Shown here one piece after another: positions 47,829 through 57,540 of a stretch of DNA of 59,015 nt. The notes under the pieces were generated by a model that searched no databases, had not been told where the DNA came from, and was given only the letters and a program-made list of their open reading frames with translations. The stretch's first letter is position 1; every line of letters begins with the position of its first letter. Location: positions 1 through 59,015 of the IMG/VR virus record IMGVR_UViG_3300003653_000051; one strand, written 5' to 3'. Made by a program: the position numbers and the translations under genes. Source of the DNA: a virus. Lineage: Duplodnaviria; Caudoviricetes.

Positions 47829-49764
47829 CCGCCATGGCTGGCGAGCTGATCGCGGCGTTCGCCACGAAGAGCTCCGCGAACTTCGCCCTGTACTGGATCA
47901 TCGTCAGGTCGCCATCCGGGAGGGCACCCAGCCCCAGGGCTCCCATGCGGTACTCGTTCAGGGTCACAATCCCCGCATCCAACCCCGCCTTCCATGCAGC
48001 CGGAGTCATGCTTGGCCCCGTCTTCGGTGCAGACGGACTCGGTGCAGCTCCAGTATCCTCGGCGGCGGGATCGGCACCCTCATCCGCTCCTGGATCTTCT
48101 CCTTCGGCAGCAGGCTCCGCACCTGGATCTGCTCCGGCATCCTCGGGGGTTGCTGCCGCATCTGCCTGAGCTGCCAGATTCGCCTCTTCCTGCTTCTTGA
48201 GATCGTGCATCTCCTTCAGCGGGTCCATGCTGACATAGGGGGCGTAGAACTTGATGGCGGTGGCCTTGGTCATCACCTCCGCATCCTTGGCGGTGGTGCA
48301 GATCCGAAGGGCGGTTTCTACATCGGACAGTGTGGGGCGGAAGTACGGGGGCCACTTCACCTCGCAGATCGTGCCCTTCCCCATGTCACGGGGGACCTCC
48401 AGCGTATCCCCATCCGGTTGCTGCACCACCTTCGGGGGTGTGTAGACCTTCCCCCGCACAAACCGAGTCGTGCCATCTGGGCCGGGAACCTCCCGGATCG
48501 CCGTCCACATCCTCACCGCTTGAAGCAGCTTCTGGCAGAGGCGGATGATCATGGGGCCATACTGCTCCCGCAGATCGTCCGCCCGCTCCAGCATGGAGGA
48601 GTAAACCCGCTCGATCTCCAGGGCTGTCTTCTCCCCAGAGTTCTGAAAGAGCACCTGATCCGGGACGCACTGGGCCAGACGGTACGCCCGATCCTCCAGC
48701 TCCTTCGCGACCGTGATCCCCAGGGTTGGGCCGGAGCCTGCCAGCTCCAGGTAGGAGGCGCTGCTGCCGATGGGGATTTTCAGTGCGTTGTCGGAGCCCT
48801 TGGCGAGCGTGCCCAGGGATGCGTCGGTGGTGAGGACCAGGGTGGGGTCCAGGTTCTTGATGGTCCCGGAGTAAACCTCCGTCATCAGGTTGTCGATTGC
48901 CTGGACCATCTCGTAGATGCCCGCACAGTCCGGCTCCCCATCCATATCCGCCCCCTCGGAGATGTTCTGGACCCACTCGTAGGGGACGAAGCCCAGGCCG
49001 TGACGGACCACGTTCTTCTGGATGTAGTCCCAGGCCGGTGCCTTCTGCTTGCACTTCACGGGCACCCAGACCGTATCCGTCTCCGTGTCGATCACCCTGC
49101 GATACCAGTACCAGATGGGCTTCCAGTTTCCCTCCAGGTCCTTCTCCTCCTTGACGTAGGTGTACTCAATCGTCAGGCGCTGAAGATCCTGGGAGCCCTT
49201 CCCCATGAACTCCGCCGTGGCCCAGCGCGGGTCCAACGCCTCAAACTGACAGCGCCCCTGGACGAACTTGAACCCGGTGCAGCCCGATCCCATGCCGCCG
49301 CCGTAGTTCCGGGTCTGGATCATGGCAGACCAGAACTGCCCGAAGACTAGCTGTGCGTTGAGCCAGTCCTCCGTGTCCTCATCCCCAGGAACACCCACCC
49401 TGGGCTGCTTCCGGTTGGAGAAGAGTAGCCCAGTGAACCGGCTCACGATGTTCCGAACAATCCCGTAGGGGGCTACAGGTCTGCGGAACTCTCTGGGTAG
49501 GCCGTCCCCTACCACCGCGTAGCCCGGGGGGAGGTAGCCGTTGCGGGAGATGCCGTCCCTGGCAGGCCCAGACATGACGGCCCTACCCTCCCAATCCACG
49601 CCCTTGCCCATGTGCTCCTGGACCTTGAAGAAGCTCCAGCGTGTGTTGAGCTCCATCTGACGTGCCGTGAGCTTCAGGTGCTTGCCCCCTGTCGCAGCGG
49701 TGTCGTTGTCGCCCAGCGCAGACATGGCCCCACCAGAATCTGATGGGTCTCGTTGAATCGGCAT
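47551..49764 (-). CDS. portal protein with long acidic/Pro-rich C-terminal extension
   Basis: IVSRFTGLLF, HGLGFVPYEWVQN, EKTALEIERVYSSM...DLREQYG, VKWPPYF. Confidence 0.82.
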   Translation of the reverse strand: MPIQRDPSDSGGAMSALGDNDTAATGGKHLKLTARQMELNTRWSFFKVQEHMGKGVDWEGRAVMSGPARDGISRNGYLPPGYAVVGDGLPREFRRPVAPYGIVRNIVSRFTGLLFSNRKQPRVGVPGDEDTEDWLNAQLVFGQFWSAMIQTRNYGGGMGSGCTGFKFVQGRCQFEALDPRWATAEFMGKGSQDLQRLTIEYTYVKEEKDLEGNWKPIWYWYRRVIDTETDTVWVPVKCKQKAPAWDYIQKNVVRHGLGFVPYEWVQNISEGADMDGEPDCAGIYEMVQAIDNLMTEVYSGTIKNLDPTLVLTTDASLGTLAKGSDNALKIPIGSSASYLELAGSGPTLGITVAKELEDRAYRLAQCVPDQVLFQNSGEKTALEIERVYSSMLERADDLREQYGPMIIRLCQKLLQAVRMWTAIREVPGPDGTTRFVRGKVYTPPKVVQQPDGDTLEVPRDMGKGTICEVKWPPYFRPTLSDVETALRICTTAKDAEVMTKATAIKFYAPYVSMDPLKEMHDLKKQEEANLAAQADAAATPEDAGADPGAEPAAEGEDPGADEGADPAAEDTGAAPSPSAPKTGPSMTPAAWKAGLDAGIVTLNEYRMGALGLGALPDGDLTMIQYRAKFAELFVANAAISSPAMAAKAMAGDGGAEAPGTPGKGGPLGQPPGRPNNAPGEPASGRPSPQVAGSEEALPSDEAPPGEPGASLPSGPPPQTASAPVASPPEEEAQPEEG

Positions 49765-49837
49765 GGCGGAACCTTACCCTGACAAACCGTAGGCTGTCCG
49801 GTTGTCAGACTGGACAAATACACATACCCTGCTGTTC

Positions 49838-50095
49838 ATGCGTGAGCCTACCGATCGACAGCGAGAAGTTCTGACCCTTGTGCGTGACTACATCAGCATC
49901 AACGGCTACCCGCCCACCCAGAGGGAGTTGGCCGCTAAGTTGGGGATCAAGTCCGCCACGGCTGTCTCCGACATCCTTGCCGCTGCGGAGAAGAAGGGCT
50001 TGGTTCGCCTGATCCCCTTCATATCCAGGGGCATCCAGCTAACTGCCGAGGGTCTCCTTGCCATCGAGGTGGCACCCATCGAGGAGCAGCCATGA
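49838..50095 (+). CDS. LexA-like N-terminal DNA-binding domain protein (no peptidase domain)
   Basis: TDRQREVL...GYPPTQRELAAKLGIKS..AV..L...EKKG...SRGI. Confidence 0.88.
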   Translation: MREPTDRQREVLTLVRDYISINGYPPTQRELAAKLGIKSATAVSDILAAAEKKGLVRLIPFISRGIQLTAEGLLAIEVAPIEEQP

Positions 50096-50763
50096 GCCGT
50101 GCGGGGCTGCCCAAGATCTCCTGGACCAAACTCGGTGTCACCTCCCCAGCTCCAGATGTTACACCTGCGGTTGGTGGGGCCAAAGCAACCCTGACCCAAA
50201 TCCGGCAGCAACACCCGCCACTCCTCCGTGGTGGCCAGACCACATCCTGGGCCCAGGGATTCGATCAGCGCGAAGCTGCCCAGGAGCAAAAGGAGGCGGA
50301 GGCTGCCCTCGCTTCCCGGCAGGAGCAGCTTCAGGCCCTGGATGATGAGACCACCGTTCGTCGTCTCAACAGACGGATTGCTATTGGGTTTGGGGCTGCT
50401 GGGATGGGGCTGCTGAAGACCCTCCAGACAACAGCGAAGCTACTGGAGGATCGGGTCAGCTTGAAGGGGTCCGACATGTCCATGAAGGAGATCAGGGACA
50501 CCATCCAGGTTCTCGGAGCCACCATCCTGAAGTCCCAGGCCGCTATGGAAGCCGCTGCCCGTACCGAACGCTTCATGGTCCGCAAACCGCTGGATAGTGG
50601 CGAGGGGGAGCCCGACGATCTGGCCGACATGAACGAGGAGGGTGCCATGCTCATCCTCAACAACTTGGCCAAGAGCCTGGGCAATCTCACCAGGAAGAGC
50701 CACATCATCCCCGCAGAAGGTGAACTCGTGTCTGAGAAGATCCCAACCCCGGAGATCCTGTGA
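50092..50763 (+). CDS. putative terminase small subunit
   Basis: Helical protein coupled directly upstream of TerL. Confidence 0.5.
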   Translation: MSRAGLPKISWTKLGVTSPAPDVTPAVGGAKATLTQIRQQHPPLLRGGQTTSWAQGFDQREAAQEQKEAEAALASRQEQLQALDDETTVRRLNRRIAIGFGAAGMGLLKTLQTTAKLLEDRVSLKGSDMSMKEIRDTIQVLGATILKSQAAMEAAARTERFMVRKPLDSGEGEPDDLADMNEEGAMLILNNLAKSLGNLTRKSHIIPAEGELVSEKIPTPEIL

Positions 50764-53381
50764 AGCTCGACCAAGTTGCACTGGCTACTCTCGCAAGAGA
50801 GAACCCAGAGTACGCAGCCACCGTCGCCCGTGACTACCGACGGGCCATGATCACCCTCGCCAGGAAAGATCCCAGCTACTTCTGCGCCTACGTCCTCAAG
50901 AACGAGAAAGACGGGGGGCAGATCTACCAGCACCCTGACCATGAGCTGATCCAAAAAGCCATCATGGAGTCCAGCCGCACAGCCATCTGGACCCATCCGG
51001 GATGCGGCAAATGTTCCACACGGGGTACACCCATCCTTCTAGCTTCTGGGGCATGGGCTCCTGTAGAGGCCCTGGCGGAGTGGACCAAGGTTCTGACCTG
51101 GGATGCACACTCAGATGCCCTGAAGGTGGTGACAGCCCGGAGCACACCAGACGGGATCAAGCCTGTGGTGGAGCTCGACTTCGCGGATGGGAGGAGTCAG
51201 CGGGTGACGCTGAACCACCCGCTGATGGGGACGGATCTACTTTGGAGGCGTGCTGATGGGTTTCAGGTTGGTGATTCGGTTGTGTGTCTTCGTCGTCTGG
51301 ATCTTCCTCTTGAGATGCTGACGCTGGAGAAGGATCTGCCAGATGATGAGGCAGAGATCCTGGGCTACCTCCTTGCTGGCCGGGTTCTACGGACTGGCTC
51401 TGTGCAGCTCCGCACCATGGGGGGTAGTACCAAATGGTCTGACCGGAGAAAGAGGCTCCTGGGGTCTGCGGGATGGGAGAGGATCCCGGTCACCCGCGTA
51501 GACGGTGCTGCCATCACCTTTGGGAACAAGCAGGGTGTGATGCACCCTGGAGCCTTCCTCAAACTCTGGGCAGCCGTGGATGCCGAGGGGTGGCCCATCG
51601 GTGTCTCCGATGCGGTCTACTGCCTGCCCAGACGTGCCCTGGAGCGGCTGCTCTCCGCCTTCTTCTCTGCCGCCTTCATGGACCTGCCCGACAAGCGGCG
51701 AAGGCCCATGGCTGCGACCGTGGGACGCGACGATGACTTCGTGCCCCATATGGTGGGGCACGTCCGTAGGGAGCTTCTGCTCACCATCCAGCGGCTCTTG
51801 CTTCGGGTAGGTGCAACCGCGAAGGTGCAACGGCTCAGGAGCTTGGTGGATGTGTCCCTTGTTACCTTCAAGCAACTCCTTGGGCAGAGGGACAGGGGGA
51901 TGAAGCCGTGGAAGATTACGCTGGACACGGGTGAGTACGGTCACTTCTGGCCCGGGCGCATGGCAGCCCCCGAGGAGCCTCTGATCCGCTCTGTGATGAT
52001 CACGGGCACCCGTGTTGTCGTGGAGCCACAGGAAACATGGGCAGTGGAGGTGCAGGAGACGGAGCACAGCTTCCTGGCGGACGGTGTGATGCACCACAAC
52101 ACCAATCAGGTTTCGATTGGGCATGTGCTCTGGCGGATAGGGAAGGACCCCAACACTGCCATCGCCATCATGACCAACACGGGGGCGCTGGCCAACCGAA
52201 TCATCGGGACGCTCAAGACCTACATCGCAGAGAGCCTGGAGTTCCGAGATGTCTTCCCCAACGTGAAGCCGGGGGAGAAGTGGTCGGAGTCCATGCTCAC
52301 CGTGTCACGGGACACCATCCGTAAGGATCCAACCGTACAGGCAGTGGGGCTCACCGGCTCTATCGTAGGGAGCCGCCTGGATGGGCTGGTCATCGACGAC
52401 ATCGACGACATCGACAGCACCCACACCCTGGGTGCCAGAGATGCCACAGAGGCCAAGGTGCGTAAGCAGGCCCTCACCCGCATAAACGATGGTGGCTGGG
52501 CCGTTGCCATCGGGAACGTCTGGCACGAAGACGACTGCATGCACCGGCTGGTCAAAAGCAACTGGAAGGCCCTGCGCTTCCCTCTCCTCGTTCCAGATAA
52601 GCAGGGCGGGTTGGTCAGCCGGGACCCCGATACCTTCTCGGAAGATCGCATCATCGGGATCCGGGATGACGACGTGGGCCCCGTGGAGTTCCAGCGCCTC
52701 TATCTGCTCCAAGCCAGGATCGACGGAGAGCAACGCTTCCGATCCGAATGGGTGGACACCGCCCTTCGGAAAGGTGCTGGATTGTCCCTCTGTACTGAGG
52801 GGCTGATCAAAGTCCCGTCCGGGTGTCGTACCATCACCGGGGTAGACCTGGGTGTGAAGCAGAGTGTCTCCTCCGATCCCACCGCAGTCATCACCATCCT
52901 GGAGATGCCCCAGGGCGGAGACAAGGTGGAGTACCAGATCCTCAACATCATCAAAGGCCGCTGGAACGCCCAGGAGATCATGGATCGCGTTACAGAACAG
53001 CAGAGACTGTTCCGTTCCGAGGTGTGGGTAGAGTCCAACGGCGCGCAGTCGTTCCTGATCCAGCTCCTGAATCTGAATGGCTCTGGCATCCCCGTCTCCG
53101 CCTTCTGGACCGGGAAGAACAAGTACGACCCCGCCTACGGGGTGGAGTCCATCGCAGCAGAAATGGCCATGGAACGCTGGTGGATACCCAGCTTCAACGG
53201 GAATCGGGAGGGGTTGGAGCCTGAGGTCCATCTCCTCATCCAAGAGATGGAAGCCTACATGCCAGGGAACCACACAGGCGACTGTCTCATGGCACTGTGG
53301 ATCGCTAGAGAGTCCGCCCGGATGAGCAGGAACAAAAACAAGGGCACCGTCGAGTACGGAAGACTCAGGCTCCGTCGATGA
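50760..53381 (+). CDS. terL: terminase large subunit containing an intein
   Basis: Walker A HPGCGK|T, GSRLDGLVIDD, nuclease TGVDLG, VESNGAQ, GDCLMALW. Confidence 0.92.
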   Translation: MKLDQVALATLARENPEYAATVARDYRRAMITLARKDPSYFCAYVLKNEKDGGQIYQHPDHELIQKAIMESSRTAIWTHPGCGKCSTRGTPILLASGAWAPVEALAEWTKVLTWDAHSDALKVVTARSTPDGIKPVVELDFADGRSQRVTLNHPLMGTDLLWRRADGFQVGDSVVCLRRLDLPLEMLTLEKDLPDDEAEILGYLLAGRVLRTGSVQLRTMGGSTKWSDRRKRLLGSAGWERIPVTRVDGAAITFGNKQGVMHPGAFLKLWAAVDAEGWPIGVSDAVYCLPRRALERLLSAFFSAAFMDLPDKRRRPMAATVGRDDDFVPHMVGHVRRELLLTIQRLLLRVGATAKVQRLRSLVDVSLVTFKQLLGQRDRGMKPWKITLDTGEYGHFWPGRMAAPEEPLIRSVMITGTRVVVEPQETWAVEVQETEHSFLADGVMHHNTNQVSIGHVLWRIGKDPNTAIAIMTNTGALANRIIGTLKTYIAESLEFRDVFPNVKPGEKWSESMLTVSRDTIRKDPTVQAVGLTGSIVGSRLDGLVIDDIDDIDSTHTLGARDATEAKVRKQALTRINDGGWAVAIGNVWHEDDCMHRLVKSNWKALRFPLLVPDKQGGLVSRDPDTFSEDRIIGIRDDDVGPVEFQRLYLLQARIDGEQRFRSEWVDTALRKGAGLSLCTEGLIKVPSGCRTITGVDLGVKQSVSSDPTAVITILEMPQGGDKVEYQILNIIKGRWNAQEIMDRVTEQQRLFRSEVWVESNGAQSFLIQLLNLNGSGIPVSAFWTGKNKYDPAYGVESIAAEMAMERWWIPSFNGNREGLEPEVHLLIQEMEAYMPGNHTGDCLMALWIARESARMSRNKNKGTVEYGRLRLRR
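51012..52100 (+). mobile_element. intein (363 aa) with degenerate LAGLIDADG domain
   Basis: N-terminal C(STRGTPILL), block B VTLNHP, C-terminal HSFLADGVMHHN followed by Thr. Confidence 0.9.
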
Positions 53382-53667
53382 GCTCCCGCTCCACGTCTTC
53401 CTGATCCGCTGCATCTACCTGGAGATCCAACCGACGATCCCTAGTCCTGATGCGGTGGTCAGAACTGCAAACCACCTCACACTTCTCAATCTCCCTGACC
53501 AACACCTCCCACTTCAGATGAAGCATCTCGGAGATGTTCCCCAGCTTCACACCTGAGACATGATCAAAGTCTAGGCTCTCCACAGGGTACAGCTCCCCGC
53601 AGTCCGCGCAGGGTGTCCGCTCCTTGAGCTGATTCACCCAGAGCTTGTGCAGCTCCCTGCGTGTCAA
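53365..53667 (-). CDS. HNH endonuclease
   Basis: CADC...DFDHV...KCEVVCSSDHRIRT. Confidence 0.85.
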   Translation of the reverse strand: MTRRELHKLWVNQLKERTPCADCGELYPVESLDFDHVSGVKLGNISEMLHLKWEVLVREIEKCEVVCSSDHRIRTRDRRLDLQVDAADQEDVERELIDGA

Positions 53668-53882
53668 TCTTCCTTCTCCACGATCAGACCGTAGGACTTG
53701 CCCACCCAGTAGCAGGCCCGGTCAATCCCCGAAACCACATCTGCTACCTGCCTGCGGATCATGTGCAGATCGAGCTCTGAGGTGCCTTTAGGGGCTTGTA
53801 ATAGCGCCAACTGAGCCTCCTCCTGTACCTGCTTGCTCAACGCCCAGAGAGCCCTCATCCGGTCCTTGGCATAGTCACTCAC
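53664..53882 (-). CDS. hypothetical protein
   Basis: Coupled on both sides. Confidence 0.55.
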   Translation of the reverse strand: MSDYAKDRMRALWALSKQVQEEAQLALLQAPKGTSELDLHMIRRQVADVVSGIDRACYWVGKSYGLIVEKED

Positions 53883-54127
53883 TTTTTGGTTCCCCTCTTG
53901 GCTCCTCCTGTAGCATCGGGGAGCCGTGTGTATGGATACGATGTCCTGACGTGCCTCCAGTGGTACTTCCCATGGGAGGGCGCTGCCAAGAGTGCCCTAT
54001 GTCTTTGTGCAGAAACCCCGGCGTAGCTGTAGATCCTCCCCGACTTGAAGCCAATCTCCAGCGTCTTCGACGGGGCATCGAAGCCCACATCCTTCAGGTT
54101 GGAGCTTATGACAGGCTTGCGAATCAC
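53879..54127 (-). CDS. KTSC-domain protein
   Basis: SSNLKDVGFD...TLEIGFKSGRIYSYAGV...LLAAPSHGKY. Confidence 0.9.
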   Translation of the reverse strand: MIRKPVISSNLKDVGFDAPSKTLEIGFKSGRIYSYAGVSAQRHRALLAAPSHGKYHWRHVRTSYPYTRLPDATGGAKRGTKK

Positions 54128-54324
54128 GCGCGGCTATCGCTCGGAGGAATGAGCACGGACCAGTAAGATCCAAAGTGTGTCCATTCCAGGGACAGCCCGC
54201 CATCCAGCGTTGGGAATACGGATGGCACGGGCATCCCAGGGACGGTCGCCATGGATATGAAAATCCTCCGCGCGATACCAGCCGCGTGGGCTGTCACCGC
54301 GAGCCCATAGCCGTCGGAGGTCAC
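54124..54324 (-). CDS. hypothetical protein
   Basis: GTGA-coupled; PSVFPTLDGGLSLEW motif. Confidence 0.45.
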   Translation of the reverse strand: MTSDGYGLAVTAHAAGIARRIFISMATVPGMPVPSVFPTLDGGLSLEWTHFGSYWSVLIPPSDSRA

Positions 54325-55130
54325 GCCCCGCTCACGATCCGCGCTCCGCAGTCGAAGTGCATGGCGTCCCCCGACTCCCTGGCGGACAGGTCGCAAAGCC
54401 CCATCCGCAGCCCCTCCGCCCCTAACGCCACGAAGACCGGGCGAGTGATGTTGATGAGCCCCTTCGCCGGGTTCCGCGTCAGCCTCGGATGGGGTAGGGG
54501 CTGGCCCACGACCAACACCACCCGCAGCGCCCGGTAGTCCGCCGCAACCTGGGGCGGGATGGGCACGCCGAGGGTGTCATCGTCGCCAGCGTCGTAGTCG
54601 TCCCGCACCGGGTAGTACGGCGCGAAGTACGCCACGACGGCCTCGCTCACCCAGTGCCAGCGATCCCAAACATCGCCGTCCGTCTCGCCCTTCTTCCGCG
54701 CGGAGAGGTCCGCGTCCTGGCCATCGACGTAATGACAGGCCCGGTCGCAAGCATCGCAGAACGCTTCCCTTACACCACGAAGGCCAGCGCCCGCAGCCTC
54801 ACCCCCGTAGACAATCCGCCCCAGCGGCGAAACCGTCCTACACGCAGAATACCCGTTCCGCGCGTAGTTGATGTCGATGGCCAGCCCTTTGCCATGCCAT
54901 CCCGCGTCCACCCTGTAGCCGCCTACGCTCGTCACTCCGCACCACCCCTCGAACGTCGGGATCGCCACGCCCCCTGGCTGCGCGAGCATCGCACGAGTGT
55001 AGGCCACGCCGAGGTGGCGATCGACCTTCGCGAGAATCTCGGCCAGCTTCGGGGCTACGCGGACGGCTTTCCCCAGGAACGTCACGCGGAGGAGGGACGC
55101 CTCGATGGCGGCGATGGCGGCGGGAGTCAA
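54321..55130 (-). CDS. putative endolysin, M15-type (LAS) peptidase
   Basis: GGYR...WHGKGLAIDIN...DAMHFD Zn-ligand pattern. Confidence 0.7.
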   Translation of the reverse strand: MTPAAIAAIEASLLRVTFLGKAVRVAPKLAEILAKVDRHLGVAYTRAMLAQPGGVAIPTFEGWCGVTSVGGYRVDAGWHGKGLAIDINYARNGYSACRTVSPLGRIVYGGEAAGAGLRGVREAFCDACDRACHYVDGQDADLSARKKGETDGDVWDRWHWVSEAVVAYFAPYYPVRDDYDAGDDDTLGVPIPPQVAADYRALRVVLVVGQPLPHPRLTRNPAKGLINITRPVFVALGAEGLRMGLCDLSARESGDAMHFDCGARIVSGA

Positions 55131-55738
55131 AGTACCTGCCCCACAATGGACTCGGGGGCGTTCGCTCGCATCCAACCCAGCACAGCTAGCCCAACGTCGG
55201 TGGAGATCACGCCCGCGCGGACGCTGGTGACGGCCTGTTCCAGCAGGTCGCGCGTCAGGTCTGCAACGTCATCATGCTCGCCCGGTGCCGTCTTGAGCGC
55301 GTAGCCGTGGCGGGTGATGTCGATGGAACCGAGGTCCGTGGGGGTCTCGCCTGTGAGAATCCACCACGTCTCAATCGCGCCCCGCTCGGACTCCGCTTCG
55401 AGCTCCGCACGTCCACGGCTGGTGAGGTAGCGCAGCATGAAGCCCGCGCCGTCCCGCCAGAACTGCACAACATGGGTGATCTCATGTGAGAGCACACGCA
55501 GATTCTCCCCAAGCACCGTTGATAGACCAAGCGGAGTGAAGATGACCGGGCCAATGGTGGTCCAGTAGCGCGTGAGGAAGTCGTCACCCGTAGGAACACC
55601 CGCCTCGAAGAGATCCGCCACGTCGAACATCGCAGCGATAAACTCCATCGGGCTGCCCGCCTTCTCGTATGAAATGGCGTTGAAGCGAGAGAGCAGGAAC
55701 TCCGCGAGCATGAACCGCTGGTCAAGGGAAAGCTTCAC
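55127..55738 (-). CDS. zincin metallopeptidase (HEITH)
   Basis: TTIG..I...LSHEITHVVQF...Y...R..LEAE. Confidence 0.7.
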   Translation of the reverse strand: MKLSLDQRFMLAEFLLSRFNAISYEKAGSPMEFIAAMFDVADLFEAGVPTGDDFLTRYWTTIGPVIFTPLGLSTVLGENLRVLSHEITHVVQFWRDGAGFMLRYLTSRGRAELEAESERGAIETWWILTGETPTDLGSIDITRHGYALKTAPGEHDDVADLTRDLLEQAVTSVRAGVISTDVGLAVLGWMRANAPESIVGQVL

Positions 55739-56034
55739 GGGGACACCTCGGGAGAGCACATGGCCTGAGGCACGCACGCATGGAGGAAGACCCCAGGACG
55801 CATCGCACTCGGAGTGCGGCAGCACACGACCGCAGAGGCATCGGTCGAAAGTCGGTTGCACTGTCTGTCGGCTTGGGACCAACGGTTGTCATTGCAACGC
55901 CATGGAGCGCCTGAATGGCAGAGGGTTGCACCAGCTTCGCACCCCACACTGGGCGGCTCGACGACTGGATCTCGAACGACCGTGGGGCAGCCGGTCAGGG
56001 CGACTGACAGGAGAGCGAGTCGGAGGATCTTCAC
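55735..56034 (-). CDS. Cys-rich lipoprotein (o-spanin candidate)
   Basis: Signal peptide with lipobox LTGC. Confidence 0.65.
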   Translation of the reverse strand: MKILRLALLSVALTGCPTVVRDPVVEPPSVGCEAGATLCHSGAPWRCNDNRWSQADRQCNRLSTDASAVVCCRTPSAMRPGVFLHACVPQAMCSPEVSP

Positions 56035-56354
56035 GGGGCTCCTGGGATGTCGCGGGGCGTGTGCTCCGCCTCAAGACGGGCGATGGTCGCGAGGTGCGTG
56101 GCGATGATCGCGTCCCTCGGGTCGGCCACCCGACGCCCGGTGATTGTCTGCATCGCGCCTTCAAGCACCTTCGACGGCTCAAAGCCAAGCGCCCTTGCCA
56201 GCTTGAAGATGCCCTGGACGCGGGGGAAGGACTCCCCAAGCGCGATCCATTGGGCGGCGGTTCGGCTTCGGTAGACGGCAAGGAGGGTCGCGACGACCCA
56301 TGCCGTGATGGCCGGGTGCGCGGCGAGGACAGCGGTGATGTAGTGGAGGTTCAT
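56031..56354 (-). CDS. small membrane protein (holin candidate)
   Basis: N-terminal hydrophobic helix; in the lysis cassette. Confidence 0.5.
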   Translation of the reverse strand: MNLHYITAVLAAHPAITAWVVATLLAVYRSRTAAQWIALGESFPRVQGIFKLARALGFEPSKVLEGAMQTITGRRVADPRDAIIATHLATIARLEAEHTPRDIPGAP

Positions 56355-56701
56355 CGGCGTCCTATGGGGCTGACGGGGCTGACGTGGTGCGTTTCGAGCG
56401 TCCTGACCCGCCCTTCGATGTCGGCCCGGTTCAACCGTACCGAATCGCCAGCCGCGAGGTCGCGGGCGGTGTTGTGCGCCATATCCCTCTCCAATACCGC
56501 CACCCGTGAGGTGAGCTCGGCATGATGGGAAAGCAAGGTGTCGAGCTTCGTCGCGACGGAGGCGTCACGGATGGCCGCGAGCGCCCGGTGCTCGGAGAGC
56601 ATTTCGCGCAGTTGACGCAGTTCGGAGCGCGCGGAACCCAGCACCCCGGCCACGCCGAGGAGCGTGACGAGGAAGGGGAGCCATCGGGCAAGCTCGGTCA
56701 T
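56351..56701 (-). CDS. membrane-anchored coiled-coil protein (holin/i-spanin candidate)
   Basis: WLPFLVTLLGVAGVLG then heptads RVAVLE/RVRTLE. Confidence 0.55.
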   Translation of the reverse strand: MTELARWLPFLVTLLGVAGVLGSARSELRQLREMLSEHRALAAIRDASVATKLDTLLSHHAELTSRVAVLERDMAHNTARDLAAGDSVRLNRADIEGRVRTLETHHVSPVSPIGRR

Positions 56702-57540
56702 CCCGCCGCCAGTCGGCGGCACACGTCCGCGCGAGTGAGGATCTCGGCGGGGGTGAGGACTGACGTGTGGATGGTGAAATCCGACATCAGCAGCGCAGAC
56801 GCAGCGACGGGGGTGGGCGACATACCACCGACCGATGCAGTCGTCAGGACAGCGAGCGTCCCAGCAGTGGCGTAAGACTGCCGCTCAATGCCGTCGATAT
56901 ACAGGATCGTAGTGCCACCCCCAGTCCGCGTGAGGTCGAAGCGGTGGGGCCTACTCCAGTCAATCTGGTGGTTTGACGAGTTCACGCCAACTCCCGCGAC
57001 CGTGGTGTTCACATAAACTGCCGTCCCCTCATTGGTGAGTAACAGGATTCGGTCGCCCCCGAGATCTCCAACATGGAGCGCAACAATGATGCGGATACCA
57101 GCAGGCAGGAGTTCCGTGGTGCGCTCATTGGCGATCGTCACACCGACCGTAAGGCCCTCCAGAACTCCTGATGGAGTGGAAATGGTCGCCGCCGCGTGGT
57201 CCGTGTCGCCGGGTGCGCGCTGCATCGTCGCACCATATCGGGCGTAAACGCCCGCACGGGCGTACTCCCGTGGTCCAGCGACGTAGGCGAGATCCGCCAC
57301 ACCGGAACCCAGGTCCGCGAACGGCGATGCGGATTCGTCCATTCGCCAGTGGTGGACCGCAGTGCCGACGCCGAGGCGCGCAAGCGAAACCTCCGCCCCG
57401 AGCGCCGCCCGCACGTCCGCCATCGACCGCACCGGGGACGTGGCGACACCGCCGACGACCTCCACGATGCCAGTACCGTCGGGCATGGCTGCACCGCCCC
57501 CACCGCCGCCGCCCGATCCCACAAGAGGTCGAATGCTCAC
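56698..57540 (-). CDS. LamG/concanavalin-A-like domain virion protein
   Basis: Poly-Gly linker, HHWRMDESASPFAD, LYIDG, SDFTIHTSVLTPAEI; GTG start 57540. Confidence 0.7.
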   Translation of the reverse strand: MSIRPLVGSGGGGGGGAAMPDGTGIVEVVGGVATSPVRSMADVRAALGAEVSLARLGVGTAVHHWRMDESASPFADLGSGVADLAYVAGPREYARAGVYARYGATMQRAPGDTDHAAATISTPSGVLEGLTVGVTIANERTTELLPAGIRIIVALHVGDLGGDRILLLTNEGTAVYVNTTVAGVGVNSSNHQIDWSRPHRFDLTRTGGGTTILYIDGIERQSYATAGTLAVLTTASVGGMSPTPVAASALLMSDFTIHTSVLTPAEILTRADVCRRLAAG

